From contig MU004233.1 in the NCBI GenBank assembly GCA_010405405.1, forward strand, positions 2,334,539-2,398,538: a DNA stretch of 64,000 bases, in the 5' to 3' direction. Origin of the DNA: Microthyrium microscopicum. Its lineage: Eukaryota. Shown piece after piece: positions 50,942 through 64,000 of this stretch (its first letter is position 1; each line of letters starts with the position of its first letter). A model generated the notes under the pieces. That model was given only the letters and a program-made list of their open reading frames with translations. It was not told where the DNA came from and ran no database searches. The translations under genes were made by a program, and so were the position numbers.

Positions 50942-53900
50942 TTTACTTCTTATCTCTTTTAGTCTAAAATAGAAAAAATATTACTATATTTAAGGCTTAT
51001 ATACTTCTTAAATTTATCTTAAATATTAATACTTTATACTTTACTATATATTTATTTATTATAAAGAAGGTTAAAAATAAGAAGGTAAGTAGTATATAAA
51101 CTAAGTAGTTTAATAAAGAGACTATATTATCTTTTTATAACTTTTCTTTAGCTATTTAAGCTTAGGCTTAATATACTAACAAAATAGCTTACTTTTTCTA
51201 CTAATTCTAGTAACGTTATACTACTAGTAAAGTAACTACTTATTATAATCTAAATAATAATATTAATTCTATTAATATTAATCTTAGCTATCTTTATCTT
51301 CCTTCTATACTTATAGCATTTATAACTTATAATATTTCTTTACTTACTTACTTATTTATTAATAGCGTATTAATTACTCTAGCTATATTTATTATATATT
51401 CCTTTCTTAGTAGTCTTAGAGTAACTAATAGTATTTAATACCTACTTTTAAAGTTATAGCGTTTTAATATATAGAATTAAAGTTTAGTAATTAGGTTATA
51501 TTTTAGTTATATAAATACTATATTTATTTATTTCTTTAAGTATAAGTTATTAGTCTTAATATCTTTTAAAACTAGCCTTTTTATTAATTTACTATTTATA
51601 GTTATAGCATTTAAGAAAAATTCTTATTTTTTATTATATTTATTAGTAGTCTACTCTTTTTATCTTTTTAGAAAAGAATTCTTTTTTTATAATATTAGCC
51701 TATTAGTTTTTTATAAAACTTCTTAATTTTATTTAGGTTTTATTTATATCTTATTAATAGTTTACTTAGCTATAATTTTTACTATTTTTATTTTTAGTTT
51801 TTTAGTTTTTTATTCTACTAATTAATTATTTTTCTATAGTAAATAAAAAGTATATAAAAATTTCCTCTTTCTTATAATGCTTTTTTTTATAGTTTTATTT
51901 TTCTTTTTTTTTTCTTTATAATAATAAACTTAGGTTTATTAGCTTCTTTAAAAACCTTAATTAAGTTTTATATATTTTTATAGTCTTTTTTTTATTTTTA
52001 AGAGTTATAGATTAGAAGATAGCCTTATTAATAAATAAAGTATTTAACTTTCTTTTTTTATTTTCTCTTATCTAAAATAGCTCTTATCTTTTATTCTTCT
52101 TTATTTTCTAGCTTAATAGTTATAAAAAGCTTTAGTTCTTTTTAACTTTTTTTTTAATAATATAGCTTAAGTTTAAATATATAAAAAATATTATAAATTT
52201 AGTAGCTTATTAAGAAGTTTAGTTAGTAAGCTTATTCTTTAATTATATCTTAGATACTAAATAGTTCTATATAGTAAAAGGCTAGCTTTTTATTTAGTAA
52301 TTTAAGTTTAATATTTTTTATTAATAGTAAAACCTTATTTTCTATATAAAATAATATTAAGGTATATTTCTTATTATAGAACTTAGTTTAGTATTTTACT
52401 ACTTTTCTTTAGTATTTTATTATTTTTTCTTAATTTTATTTTATTCTTACTACTCTTTACTTTACTATTACTACCTTATTTTTCTTTTCTTTAAGTCTAT
52501 TTTTAAAGTTTATAAAGAGGTCTATTAAGAAAGTTAGTTTATATTCTATTTTAGCTATATTTAGAATATAATTAAGTATCTTATTATAAAATATATTTAT
52601 TACTTATTATACTATAAGTAGAAGGCTTAACTAGTTTATCTAGTTTTTAGTAGTAAAAGCTTATAAATAATATTTTAATATTAAGTTTTATTACTTAGTC
52701 TAGCTATTAGTTTATAAATACTAAGTTATAAATAGCTTATATTTTATCTTTCTTACTTAGTATAGTTTAGTCTAAAATTTATTTATAAAGATAAATCCTT
52801 TATCTAATATAATACTTATTAATAAGCCTTTTTTTAAGAAAACTCTTTTTTTTATAAGTTCTACTAGCTTTTTAGTAATTATATCTTTTATAGTTTTAAT
52901 ATACCTTATTTATTTAATATATTAATTTATAATTATTAATATAGTATTAAATATTATAAGTTTATATTTATAAAGTAATAAACTTATAATAAAGTTTATA
53001 ATAATTTCTTACTATAGTTAGATTAATTAAGATAAAGATTTTAACTTATTATAAAGTTAATACTATCTTACTTTTATTCTTTAATAAACTAAATAAGTCT
53101 TTATATATATCTATATATTCTCTTCTATTTTTAGCTAGTAAAACTATTTATAAAGTAGTTTTATAATACCTTAGACTCTTAAGTATTTTACTAATAGATT
53201 ATTATAATATATTACTAAGAGTTTATTTTTTAAGATAAGCTTATAAAGTATATATAGTTAGCCCTTATAGTAAAGGTAGTCTTTTTAAACTAACTAAGTA
53301 TTCTTTAGCTATTAAGTTTCTTTAGACTCTAGCTATATATTAAGTACTTTTTAGATATACTTAAGTTTTTTATTACTATTTTAAGTAACTTAGACTAAAA
53401 TAATTAATATATTTAGAGCTTCTTTATTTATAATATATAAGTTTTATATTACTTCTTTTACTATAGTTCTTAAAATATAAATATAGTCTAGAGTAGTAAC
53501 TATTTTTTAAGAATTAAAAAAGTCTTTATTCTTCTTACTTATAATATCTTAACTACTTATTTATTTATAAAGTATTTTACTTATCTTTAATATATTTAAT
53601 ACTAAGTAGTACTTAATATTAAATATTTTATTTATAAAGTTATACTTATTTATTATTAACGTCTTACTAATAAATTACTTTATTAGCTTAAGACTATTTA
53701 TAAAGACTAGCTTTTTTTATTTCTTCTTTAAGAGAAATTCTAACTTCTTTTAAAAGGTAAGTAGTAAGTTATTTATAGCTTATTCTATAGTAGTATAGTT
53801 AGGTTATCTTAATAGTATATTTATAAGATTTATCTTTCTACTTTAATACCTAATATAAAAGTTATACTTTATTAATATAATTACTTAGTATATTTAGCAC

Positions 53901-54693
53901 TTATTTAAGTTCTTTTATTTTATAAACTTTACTAAGTTATTATAGTTAGTTAGAATCTTAATAAAGTAGTAACTATTCTTAAAATAATATTATTAATATT
54001 CTATAGCCTTAATAATAATAAGAAGCTTTTAGTTATAAGTTTAATAATTAATTTTAGCCTTTATTAATTTTCTTAACTAGAAAGTAATAAAGTACTATTA
54101 GCTATTTTTCTATAACTAAGAAAAAATACTTATAATAGTATACTAAGATATATTAGTCTTAAAGTAGATTTTTTTCTTTAAATTAAAATATATAAAGATA
54201 AGAGTTTTATTAAAGGCTATATAAAATATATAAAATACTTATATTACTTTCTCTATCTAAATAAAAGGTTTATATTTTTTTAAAAGTTATATATTCTTAA
54301 GTAAGTTAATTAAGAGTTTTACTACTTTTAAGTAGCCTTTAATAAACCTATAGTAGAAATTTATAAAGCTAATAAATACTTATATATTATTATAGCTCCT
54401 TAGTTTTAGCTACTTTATAATAAACTTAACTTAATTAAGATCTATTTTTACTTCTTTTATAAAGACTATAAAACTAAGAAATTCTACCTTATTAATAAAG
54501 AATTAGTACTTCTTAAAATTAATATAAAGCTTAATAGCTAATAAATATTTTAATATAATATATATATTATAAATATAATCTTTATATATTTTAAAAAAGA
54601 TAAAAATATTATTAAGGTAGATAATATAAATAATATCTAAGAGTTTTACTAATACTTTATAAATATAGGCTTAGAATATAGCTAAAATATTAG

Positions 54694-55342
54694 NNNNNNN
54701 NNNNNNNNNNNNNNNNNNNNNNNNNNNNNNNNNNNNNNNNNNNNNNNNNNNNNNNNNNNNNNNNNNNNNNNNNNNNNNNNNNNNNNNNNNNNNNNNNNNN
54801 NNNNNNNNNNNNNNNNNNNNNNNNNNNNNNNNNNNNNNNNNNNNNNNNNNNNNNNNNNNNNNNNNNNNNNNNNNNNNNNNNNNNNNNNNNNNNNNNNNNN
54901 NNNNNNNNNNNNNNNNNNNNNNNNNNNNNNNNNNNNNNNNNNNNNNNNNNNNNNNNNNNNNNNNNNNNNNNNNNNNNNNNNNNNNNNNNNNNNNNNNNNN
55001 NNNNNNNNNNNNNNNNNNNNNNNNNNNNNNNNNNNNNNNNNNNNNNNNNNNNNNNNNNNNNNNNNNNNNNNNNNNNNNNNNNNNNNNNNNNNNNNNNNNN
55101 NNNNNNNNNNNNNNNNNNNNNNNNNNNNNNNNNNNNNNNNNNNNNNNNNNNNNNNNNNNNNNNNNNNNNNNNNNNNNNNNNNNNNNNNNNNNNNNNNNNN
55201 NNNNNNNNNNNNNNNNNNNNNNNNNNNNNNNNNNNNNNNNNNNNNNNNNNNNNNNNNNNNNNNNNNNNNNNNNNNNNNNNNNNNNNNNNNNNNNNNNNNN
55301 NNNNNNNNNNNNNNNNNNNNNNNNNNNNNNNNNNNNNNNNNN
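54694..55342. other. Assembly gap (N run)
   Basis: Run of Ns. Confidence 0.97.
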
Positions 55343-58300
55343 NTATAGTTACTTTCTTAAAGCTATAGTATTATATAAGTTATTTATTAATAATATTAAT
55401 TTAATTACTAGTATTTAAAAGAATATTTATAGATTAGTCTTCTATAGTAAAAGGAAAGTTAGCTATTATTTAAATCTATATTTTTATAATCTATTCTAGT
55501 ATTATAAAGATAGAGTTCTTAATTTCTATAATACTTATTCTTTTTTTAGATTAGTTTTAGATTTTAATAAGAAAGAAATAGTATTTAGGTTTTTTCTTTA
55601 GCCTTTATATTTTAAGAATTCTTTTTACTTTTAAGTAGCTTAAGGGCCTCTTAGAAGCTTATTATACTTATTTATATAATATCTAAATAGATTATAATTA
55701 TAATAAGTAATTTCTTTATATATCTTATTATTTTTTTTAGGCTTTATACTTATTAATAAGTAAGTTAATAGTATATACCTTATATAATTTTTGTATTCCT
55801 ATTATTTACCTTAGCTACCTTATAAATTATAATTTAATTAAGAGGATTAAGAATTAATATTACTTAATAAGTCTTCTTATAAGTACTTATAAATAATCTA
55901 CTAAAAGCGTTTAGTAGTATTAACTATATTAGGTTTAGTAGTTAGAATATACTTTATTAATTTAATCTATTTTTATAGTTTTAGGATTAACTTAATAAAG
56001 AATTTTAAATATTATTTATTTTCTTTATAAATTATATTAATACTAAGTTAGGTTTCTAATAAGTCTAAGTAGGTATTAAACTTTATAAGAGTCTAAGTAA
56101 AGTACTACTTAGCTTCTTTAAGTTTCTTAGTAACTAAAAGTTTAGCTATAGTAGAGTAAGTATATTAATATTAAAGCTATTCTATAAATTTTTCTTAAGT
56201 CTAAGTTAGTAGCTTAATCTTCTTCTTCTTTAGGTTTTATTAAGTTTATAGGTTAAGACTTATAAACTAGTTAACTTATTTAATATAGCTCTCTTATATA
56301 GTAAATTAAGAGGATATTAAATAGAAAACGTTTTTTATACTTATAGTCTAGTTAATAAGTTTTTATTAAGTTTTATATTAAAGAACTATAAGGTTAGTAA
56401 GTTTTAGTTCTTTTAGTTAAAAAAGAGAAGAAGGATTCTATTATAAAGTTTATAATAAGGCTATAATCTTATTATAAAGCTATTATATCTTAGCTATATA
56501 TATCTATTCTTATTTATTAATTTAAGCTATTACTATATAAAGGGTAGCTAAAGTAGCTTCTAAGTCTATTAGTAGTAGTAAGCTATTATATTAACTTAAA
56601 TTATTATCTAAGTTATTATTTAAGTTATTATCTAAGTCTTTATCTTTATCTTTATCTTTATTTTAGCCTTTATTAGAGTTTTTTATATTCCTTATTATTA
56701 TAAGGATTTATTAGGCTTACTACTATATAGTACGTTAAGAAGTATTAGAATTATAAAGGATAGTTTAAAGTAAGAGAAATAGATTCTAAGAACTAGTATT
56801 AAGATAAGACTAATACTTAATTTTCTAAGAGATTAAGTCTACTTCTTTACTTATACTCCTCTCTATTTCCTTTTTAGTAAGGTTATTTCTCCTTCTTATC
56901 CTTAGCTCTATTTTAGTTTCGTCTTATTATAGTAGAGAGTAGATATTATTTATATTAATCTAGTAATTTACTAGTAAAGAGCCTTCCTATAGCGTATTAT
57001 AAGAGTAGAGTAAGTAAGGAGGTAGTAGGATACCTATACCTCTATAGTAAGTCTATAGAGGTCTATAATAATATAGAGAAGTATTAGAATTATAAAGGAT
57101 AGTTTAAAGTAAGAGAAATAGATTTTAAGAACTAGTATTAAAATAAGACTAATATTTAATCTCTTTAGAGATTAAGTCTACTCCTTTACTTATACTTTTC
57201 TCTATCTTCTTTTTAATAAAGCTACTTCTTTTTCTTATCCTTAGCTCTATTTAGCTTTGTCTTATTATAGTAAAGAGTAGGCACTATCTATATTAATCTA
57301 GTAGTTTACTAGTAAAAAGCTTTCTTATAGCGTACTATAAGAGTAAAGAAAGTAAGGAGGTAGTAAGATGCCTATACCTCTATAGTAAGTCTATAAGGGT
57401 CTATAATAGAGAATTAGAACCCTAAAGACGATTAATATTCTCTTTCTTATACTTTATTATCTTCTTTAGAATCGTAGGTTTAGTTTAAATAGCTTTTTTA
57501 GTAATTCCTATACTATAAGATATAGTTAGGAAGCGCACAAGAACATAATCTCACTATACTAGAGATAATACATCTTAAATGACTAACTTATTAGTCTCCT
57601 CCTAGGGCTATTTATTATTCTTCTTATTATAAGAAGCGTACTCTTTAGGGTATTCTTTCTAATTAGTATAAGCAGTACCTACTATAGTAATTCTATACCA
57701 CTATAAGGCGCTAAACAGGCGTATAGATATAAAGAAGTTATTACAAAAGACGATAAAGTTCTTATACTAAAAGGGAAGAGATAAGTATAATTAGATTACC
57801 GCTTAAGCCGTAGGGCTTAATTCAGTAAAGAAGGTAGGTATATCTCTAGATAGACTCTAGCTTAACCTATAGGCAGGAATATTAATATTCTCTCTAGTTA
57901 ATTAAGGAGATCTAGAGCGTATAATATAAAGCAGATCGTAGACGTATTTATAATTATATAAAGCAAGTATTTTAAACCCTTTTAGGATTAGTTTGCCCTT
58001 AATATAAATCGTGTCGCCTAATCTACCCGTGTATTTTACTATTATCTTATTAATTAAGATATAGCTAAAGGGCGTAATATAAATCTTAAAGCAAGCTTAT
58101 AAAATTAAAGATAATAGCTTAATTTTAGTAAAAACAAGCTCTCTTTAATAAATCTAGGACGGTATAGGCAATAGTAAGGTTATTAAAGAGGTTAGAGTAA
58201 TATCTATAATAGAAATAGGACTAACGTAAAGATATCTTTTAATATACTAGAACTCTACCTAAGATAGAAACTATTAAATAGAGTAATATAAATTATTACT

Positions 58301-60249
58301 ATCTTTAAGCTATAAATCCTTAACTCTAGTAATCCTATAGGTACCTATATAAATATAAATTCTATAGAATATCTTAATCTAACCTATAATAATAAGTATT
58401 TAAAGCGTATCTTTAGAGTAATAAAATAATTAGTAATCTAAAATATTCTTATAAATAGTTTCGAAGTCTTCTTATATCTAAAATAGACTAAAGAAGAGTA
58501 GCGGCATATCGTATCTCGTTATATAGTCGTTAACACTAATAAGCGTCGAGCGAGCTACTAATAGAGCAATATTAATAGTTCTAGCACCTAATTCTATAGT
58601 ATTACAAGCAGGAATAGTTACTATTAAATTAATAAAGCTATTAGGTAGTTTAACTAACATTTTAGTATATTCTAGCAGTAGTATTAGGTAGTAGTACTTA
58701 CTATTATACCTATAGATTACTAGTTTAGCTCTATTAGCTTTAGAAAGTTAAATATTAAGAGAATTGTAGTATCCTAGCTCGCCTAAATCTAGTTAGTATT
58801 AACGATAGAAGATAGTATCTTAGTTATTAGATAAGACTTCTAGATTATATAAATCTTTCTCTTTAGAGTCCAAAAAGGTATCTATCGTATTCTCCTAGTC
58901 TTAGGCTTTAACCTCGTAGTCTCTATCTTCTAATTAGTCTTTAGACTATGTATCTATAATTTTTAGAAGATTTAGTATTTCTTACATAATAGGCTAGTCG
59001 TAGAAGTGCAAAGGAAAGATCTAGGCTGTAGGATAGGATCTAGTAGAATGAGATCTTAAAAAAACGAGGAAATTCGTTACTAAAGTACTATAATACTAAA
59101 ACTTATCTAAAATATTTAATATTCTATACATAACATCTATAAGACAAGACCTATCTAACAAACATAAATTTATATAGGGCAAGATACTAAGGGTTAAGAA
59201 CTAATTAAAAGACGCCTTAGATTTAAAGTTCACAATTCTCTCGCGACTCCACTAATTAGGCCGCATTAGGTAAGGAACCCGCGCACTACTGCAGTGTCGA
59301 TTGGTAGTAGAAATAGACGAAGGGATAAGAATTCGAAAGTAAACCAAACCTGGATTTGAATGGACCACTAACAATTCGCGACAGCAAGCCGCATACGCCC
59401 CAGCCGTTTAGATACTTGTCAGCTCGCTAATGATTTGTTTTATTGAACGCCTTCACACTTGTCAAAAAGCTAAGACCTCAAAAAGACCTCAGAGAATCAC
59501 CCGAACCTCGATTTCCATTCGGAATTTCGGAAACAAGCGTGTTGCCCGAGCCCCTAAAACGTTTATGCATTATCTCCCGGTGAAGAATCCCCACAAATCA
59601 GTGCTTCGGGTTGGCAAGGTTCGATTCGAAACCACTGCATTGCTGTTACACCTTCCGTCGTGGCTTTCCCCCTCGTCAACCTTCTTCCATCATTTTTCGT
59701 TAACAACGATCGCTGAACAGAAGTTGCAGGAATCGATACTTCAATACCATGATGAATTATACAGATTAGCGTCTTGAATCGGGCCATCAATATCTTCTGG
59801 CACATCTCTATACTTTCGCGAGTTCACCATAGTTGCCCCCAAATAGATTAACTGGAACGCATCAACTTCTATTATTGTACTTCCCCAGCAATTGCATCAT
59901 GCTCCCCTCACGAAATTGACCCATCATCCCGGCAGTGACAGGCTGTTTAATCTATTCGATATTGGTCTCGCCACCACTTCCCACCCACATGTGTGCCCTG
60001 CGCTTGCGCCTGGACACCAGCAAAGCTTTCAAAAGATCTCAAACCATTGAGCTATACATCAGCTGTTATTCGGTACTTTGTCGCATCTTCTGCAGCATCT
60101 AGAGCAGTCTCTGCCCTGGATACCCTTTAGGCTTTCGCATCGGCACTTGGAAAGAAAGACTTCTTTCCCACCTGGCTGGACTTGAACACCTAGGACTCCA
60201 GGAAACGGAAACGCCATGACTTTTCTTGCTGTCTAAAGCTCAGGATGAA

Positions 60250-62329
60250 ATGGAGAATATGAAGCTGTTACTTACACTCCTTTCAGTGCTGGCTTACATC
60301 TCCAGTACCATTGCGGTAAAACCCACTGTCATATCAGTTACGCCCGCGCAGAACTGGGAGGGTATAGATGGATCATGGAATACCTTTGCACTTCGAGTTG
60401 GGACTCCACCGCAAGTGGTTCGAGTATTGCCTTCGACGAATTCGCAAGAGACGTGGGTGATAGCTCCCAGAGCTTGCCTCTATGAGGACGACAAAGATGC
60501 ATGCGCAGAAGCAAGAGGTGGCGTTTTCAACACTAATGCATCGACTACCTTCGCGCAACAAGGACTTTACGATCTTGGACTTGAGAAGCAATTGAACTAT
60601 TCTGGTAATGCCATATTTGGATATGATACTGTCGCGCTTGGATATGCTGGAGAAGGTGGTCCATCTCTCAATCACCAGATTGTTGGTGCTTTGGCTAAAG
60701 AGGATTACTGGTTTGGGCATCTTGGATTGCATCCCAAGTCAACGAACTTTACAAACGTCACTCAAAATGTTCCGAGCTTTGTGGCTAGTCTTCGGACTGA
60801 AGGATTGATCCCCAGCGTCTCGTGGGGATATACCGCTGGAGCTCCTTACAGTAAGGCATAACTTCATGTCTCTGACGATATCTTGCTAACAGAGACAGGA
60901 TTCGCGAAAGTTCAGGCCTCATTGAGTCTAGGGGGCTATGACCGAAACAGGTTTATACCAAACAATATCACGTTTCCCATGGCACCAGACAATGAACGAG
61001 ACCTACTTGTCTTTGTCAATGGCATCACTGCAGTCAACAACCATAATATTCACGATTCACTACTTCCGATACCCATATATGCTTTCATAGATTCCACGAT
61101 AGCAGAGATATGGCTTCCAGTCGACGCATGTCGCGCATTCGAGAGCGCATTCGGCCTCTCATACGATCTAGCAACAGGACTTTACTTTGTCTCCGATACA
61201 CTACATAATGCACTTATCAGTGCCAACCCAAACATCACATTCGTTTTATCGTCCGCGCCAGGACTACAAACAACTCAAATAACTTTACCATATGCCGCGT
61301 TTGATTTAACAGCGAAGGCACCATATCGCGGATTGGCGGCCGATCAGCGATACTTTCCCCTTCGAAGGGCAGCAAACGACACTCAATATACTCTAGGCCG
61401 GACGTTTCTACAAGAGGCATACATCTCTGTAGATTGGGAGCGCCAGAACTTCTCAGTATATCAATGCCTGTGGAACCCCAACGCGCCGCAGCTACTCGTA
61501 CCTATAGCATCCCTTGATGGCCACAAACCGCGAAACAAGAAACGACCCAGTCCACTGAGTACGGCTGTTGTAGTTGGCATCGTTTTTGGCGTTGTCATTC
61601 TTCTTGGCACAATCATTATATTATCATTTCTACTCTGGCGCAGCAACCGACGCCGGAAACAAAGAGAAGCAGACGTTCTTGTCAAGGAAAAGAATGACGA
61701 TGTTGAAGCCCGAGATGATCGTGTCATCGCCAAAGTAGAACTCGACGCTGGAGATTCGCAGATTCCATCACAATTCCCAATGGAGAAGGGAATGCTAGAA
61801 AAAGGCAAGTTTCATGTCTCCAGGGCCTTGAGCTTTTCTTACTAACATAATATTAGCACCTCTAGTCGAAGCGCCTGACGAGAACGAAGTCTTTGAACTA
61901 CCTGGCGACCTCCCAGACCACCCCGAAGCAGACGGTCGCGAACTCTCAGAAAAAGAAGCCATCCGAGTCCGCGAACACCGCTACAACGGCATCGAGGAAC
62001 CACCCCTCGAAAATTCCCCCATATCACCCGTCTCTCCCAGCACAGGCACCGGTCTTACACGAAATATAACATCCGCCACAGTTGGCATATCACCCATCAC
62101 ACCATCCGATGGCACAAGCAGTCTAGCCTCGCTCAGAGGTGGAGCAATAAGAGGTGGTCCCTCGAAGAAGCGCATAAAGGCCTCCGACGTCCACATAATA
62201 GGCGGCAGTACACGAAGAGCAGGGAGTGCTCATGGGACGCCTGGAGAAGCATTGGAAGGCGATACTGGGCCAGCACTAACAGATACGCCCGTTGATAGGA
62301 AGCGCTTCAGCTTTGAGAGGAAGTTGTAG
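60250..62329 (+). CDS. Type I membrane pepsin-family (A1) aspartic protease-like protein, probably catalytically impaired; exons 60250-60850, 60899-61804, 61857-62329
   Basis: Signal peptide; WEGIDGSWNTFALRVGTPPQVVRVLPST, SLGGYD, AFIDST, TLGRTFLQEAY; TM AVVVGIVFGVVILLGTIIILSFLLW followed by RRRK; second intron is GC-AG. Confidence 0.85.
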
Positions 62330-63326
62330 ATGAAGAAGGACGCATGGCATGAATTAATTGATATATTTAGCATTTGGTTTTGGTAAGGCATTATTTTATT
62401 CCCCAGGTTTGGACGTTGGAAAATGGACTTTTGAGATATACCAGGTCCATGGTGGTACGTAACATGACAATTTCAAATCAGCATAAACACTGCGGGTATA
62501 AATTATTGATATCGTGAATCCTTCTACAGGCTTTGATGGTTTGCCAATTGACTTGGCTGGAGATAAGGTTCGGAGTGTTTGTAGGCGGTATACAACCCCT
62601 GATACAAGCAGATGTATGTAGTAAGATTGAGGCACAGCAACGATGGGAACTTCCGTTCAATCGATTTCACCAGGTTCTCATTGGCATTATCCTGAGACTC
62701 GAGGCTCAATAATACGACATAACGATAGGAACCTAGATACGATCAGAGCGATCATGGTAAGGCAGAACAGCAAAGTGCCAATATTGCAATGGACCCAGGA
62801 CGGACACTGCATAATGAGGCTGTGACAAGTACTCTCTCGAGCAAATTGAGTGGTTGGCTACAGTAGGCGCCTATTCCGGGGATTGAAATTTGATGGTGAG
62901 AACGAGTACAAGAAGAGAGGGAGGGGCAGAACAGATCCCCCACCACCACCAAGCCAGTCAGTCTCCATCCTTTTTACCTCTTCGGGCCTGCCGACATCTC
63001 AACCGTCAGCTCTACCGCGACTTGACCGCTCTGTCTATATCATCTCGCCTCGTTGTTGCTCTTCTGGCTTACATTATCACCCTATCTTTTCGCAAAATCT
63101 GAACCTGCTGCTGGAGCACTTTTGCCTCGTCTTTTCTGTGCCTCGCCAACCCAATTTCCAAGCAACTTAGCGCGTACGAGGACCGGTGTGTCGTCAGGCG
63201 CAAACAATCGCTACTCTCAGCGCTGTGAATATCATCTACTTCCTATCTAAGCTCACGCGCTGCTGTTGATATATTGCCACCATTTCGAACCGTCCTACAT
63301 ACACTATCCTCGACCTATCTCTAATC

Positions 63327-64000
<674 letters not shown>

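Larger units (their letters stand above)
48822..57070 (-). mobile_element. Second copy (B) of the same Gypsy family nested inside copy A; LTRs 48822-49140 and 56752-57070
   Basis: 319-bp LTR pair sharing a 1-bp indel absent from the A LTRs; TSD ATATA (48817-48821 / 57071-57075); internal sequence colinear with copy A, differing mostly by transitions. Confidence 0.88.
40396..57408 (-). mobile_element. RIP-degraded Ty3/Gypsy chromovirus LTR retrotransposon, copy A (~8.76 kb net); LTRs 40396-40713 and 57091-57408
   Basis: 318-bp LTR pair; TSD AAGAA/GAGAA (40391-40395 / 57409-57413). Minus-strand relics: RT IYFNNILIFS (=YLDDILIFS, ~46430-46455), GPF/Y region (~44050-44200), chromodomain (~43800-43940). 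Polypurine tract next to the left LTR. Confidence 0.9.
39354..59324 (-). mobile_element. RIP-mutated piggyBac-like DNA transposon (~2.95 kb net), split at 40395/57409 by nested Gypsy elements
   Basis: TIR CCCTTCGTCTA (39354-39364 / 59314-59324) plus subterminal repeat. Relic transposase on the minus strand from ATG ~58987: ILINKIIVKYTGR..KGKLILKGFKI (=IDEMMV..KPIPEGFK), VFCNNFF (=DNFF), DYNLFIGGINITN (=YN.FMGGVD..D), and a C-terminal Cys-rich C..C...C..C...LC..CF..Y-type domain near 39670-39800. Confidence 0.88.

Noticed and set aside
40396..57408. Mitochondrial insertion, centromeric satellite or simple tandem LTR-int-LTR-int-LTR array
   Set aside because: Relic RT, integrase-region and chromodomain motifs, LTR indel pairing and two TSDs show nested RIPed Gypsy elements
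58478..58660. 60-aa ORF in the AT-rich block
   Set aside because: Lies within the RIPed piggyBac transposase region; not an independent gene

Overview
Eukaryotic DNA from a filamentous ascomycete (Pezizomycotina-type GT-AG introns with CTRAC branch sites, plus RIP). Gene-rich flanks encode a Gap1-like amino acid permease, a three-exon HET-domain protein spliced in frame to a 7-repeat lectin-like beta-propeller, NOT1, HOF1/Cdc15 (F-BAR+SH3), a RING/LON-domain protein, a CBM48-like-domain protein, TEN1, an SRPK-like kinase with a repeat tail, a His-motif orphan protein, two Ser/Thr-rich surface proteins, a catalytically degenerate membrane aspartic protease and the 5' part of the SLT2/MpkA MAP kinase. 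There are two RIP-mutated AT-rich blocks. One is a 1.4-kb Tc1-like transposon (27989-29369). The other is a 20-kb three-level nest: a piggyBac element (39354-59324) interrupted by a chromodomain Gypsy retrotransposon (40396-57408), itself interrupted by a second copy of the same family (48822-57070), with target-site duplications readable for both Gypsy insertions. The best candidate for an undescribed system is the HET-lectin propeller fusion, a possible NACHT-less glycan-sensing cell-death receptor. Exon boundaries and de-RIPed translations were read by eye; no database searches were run.
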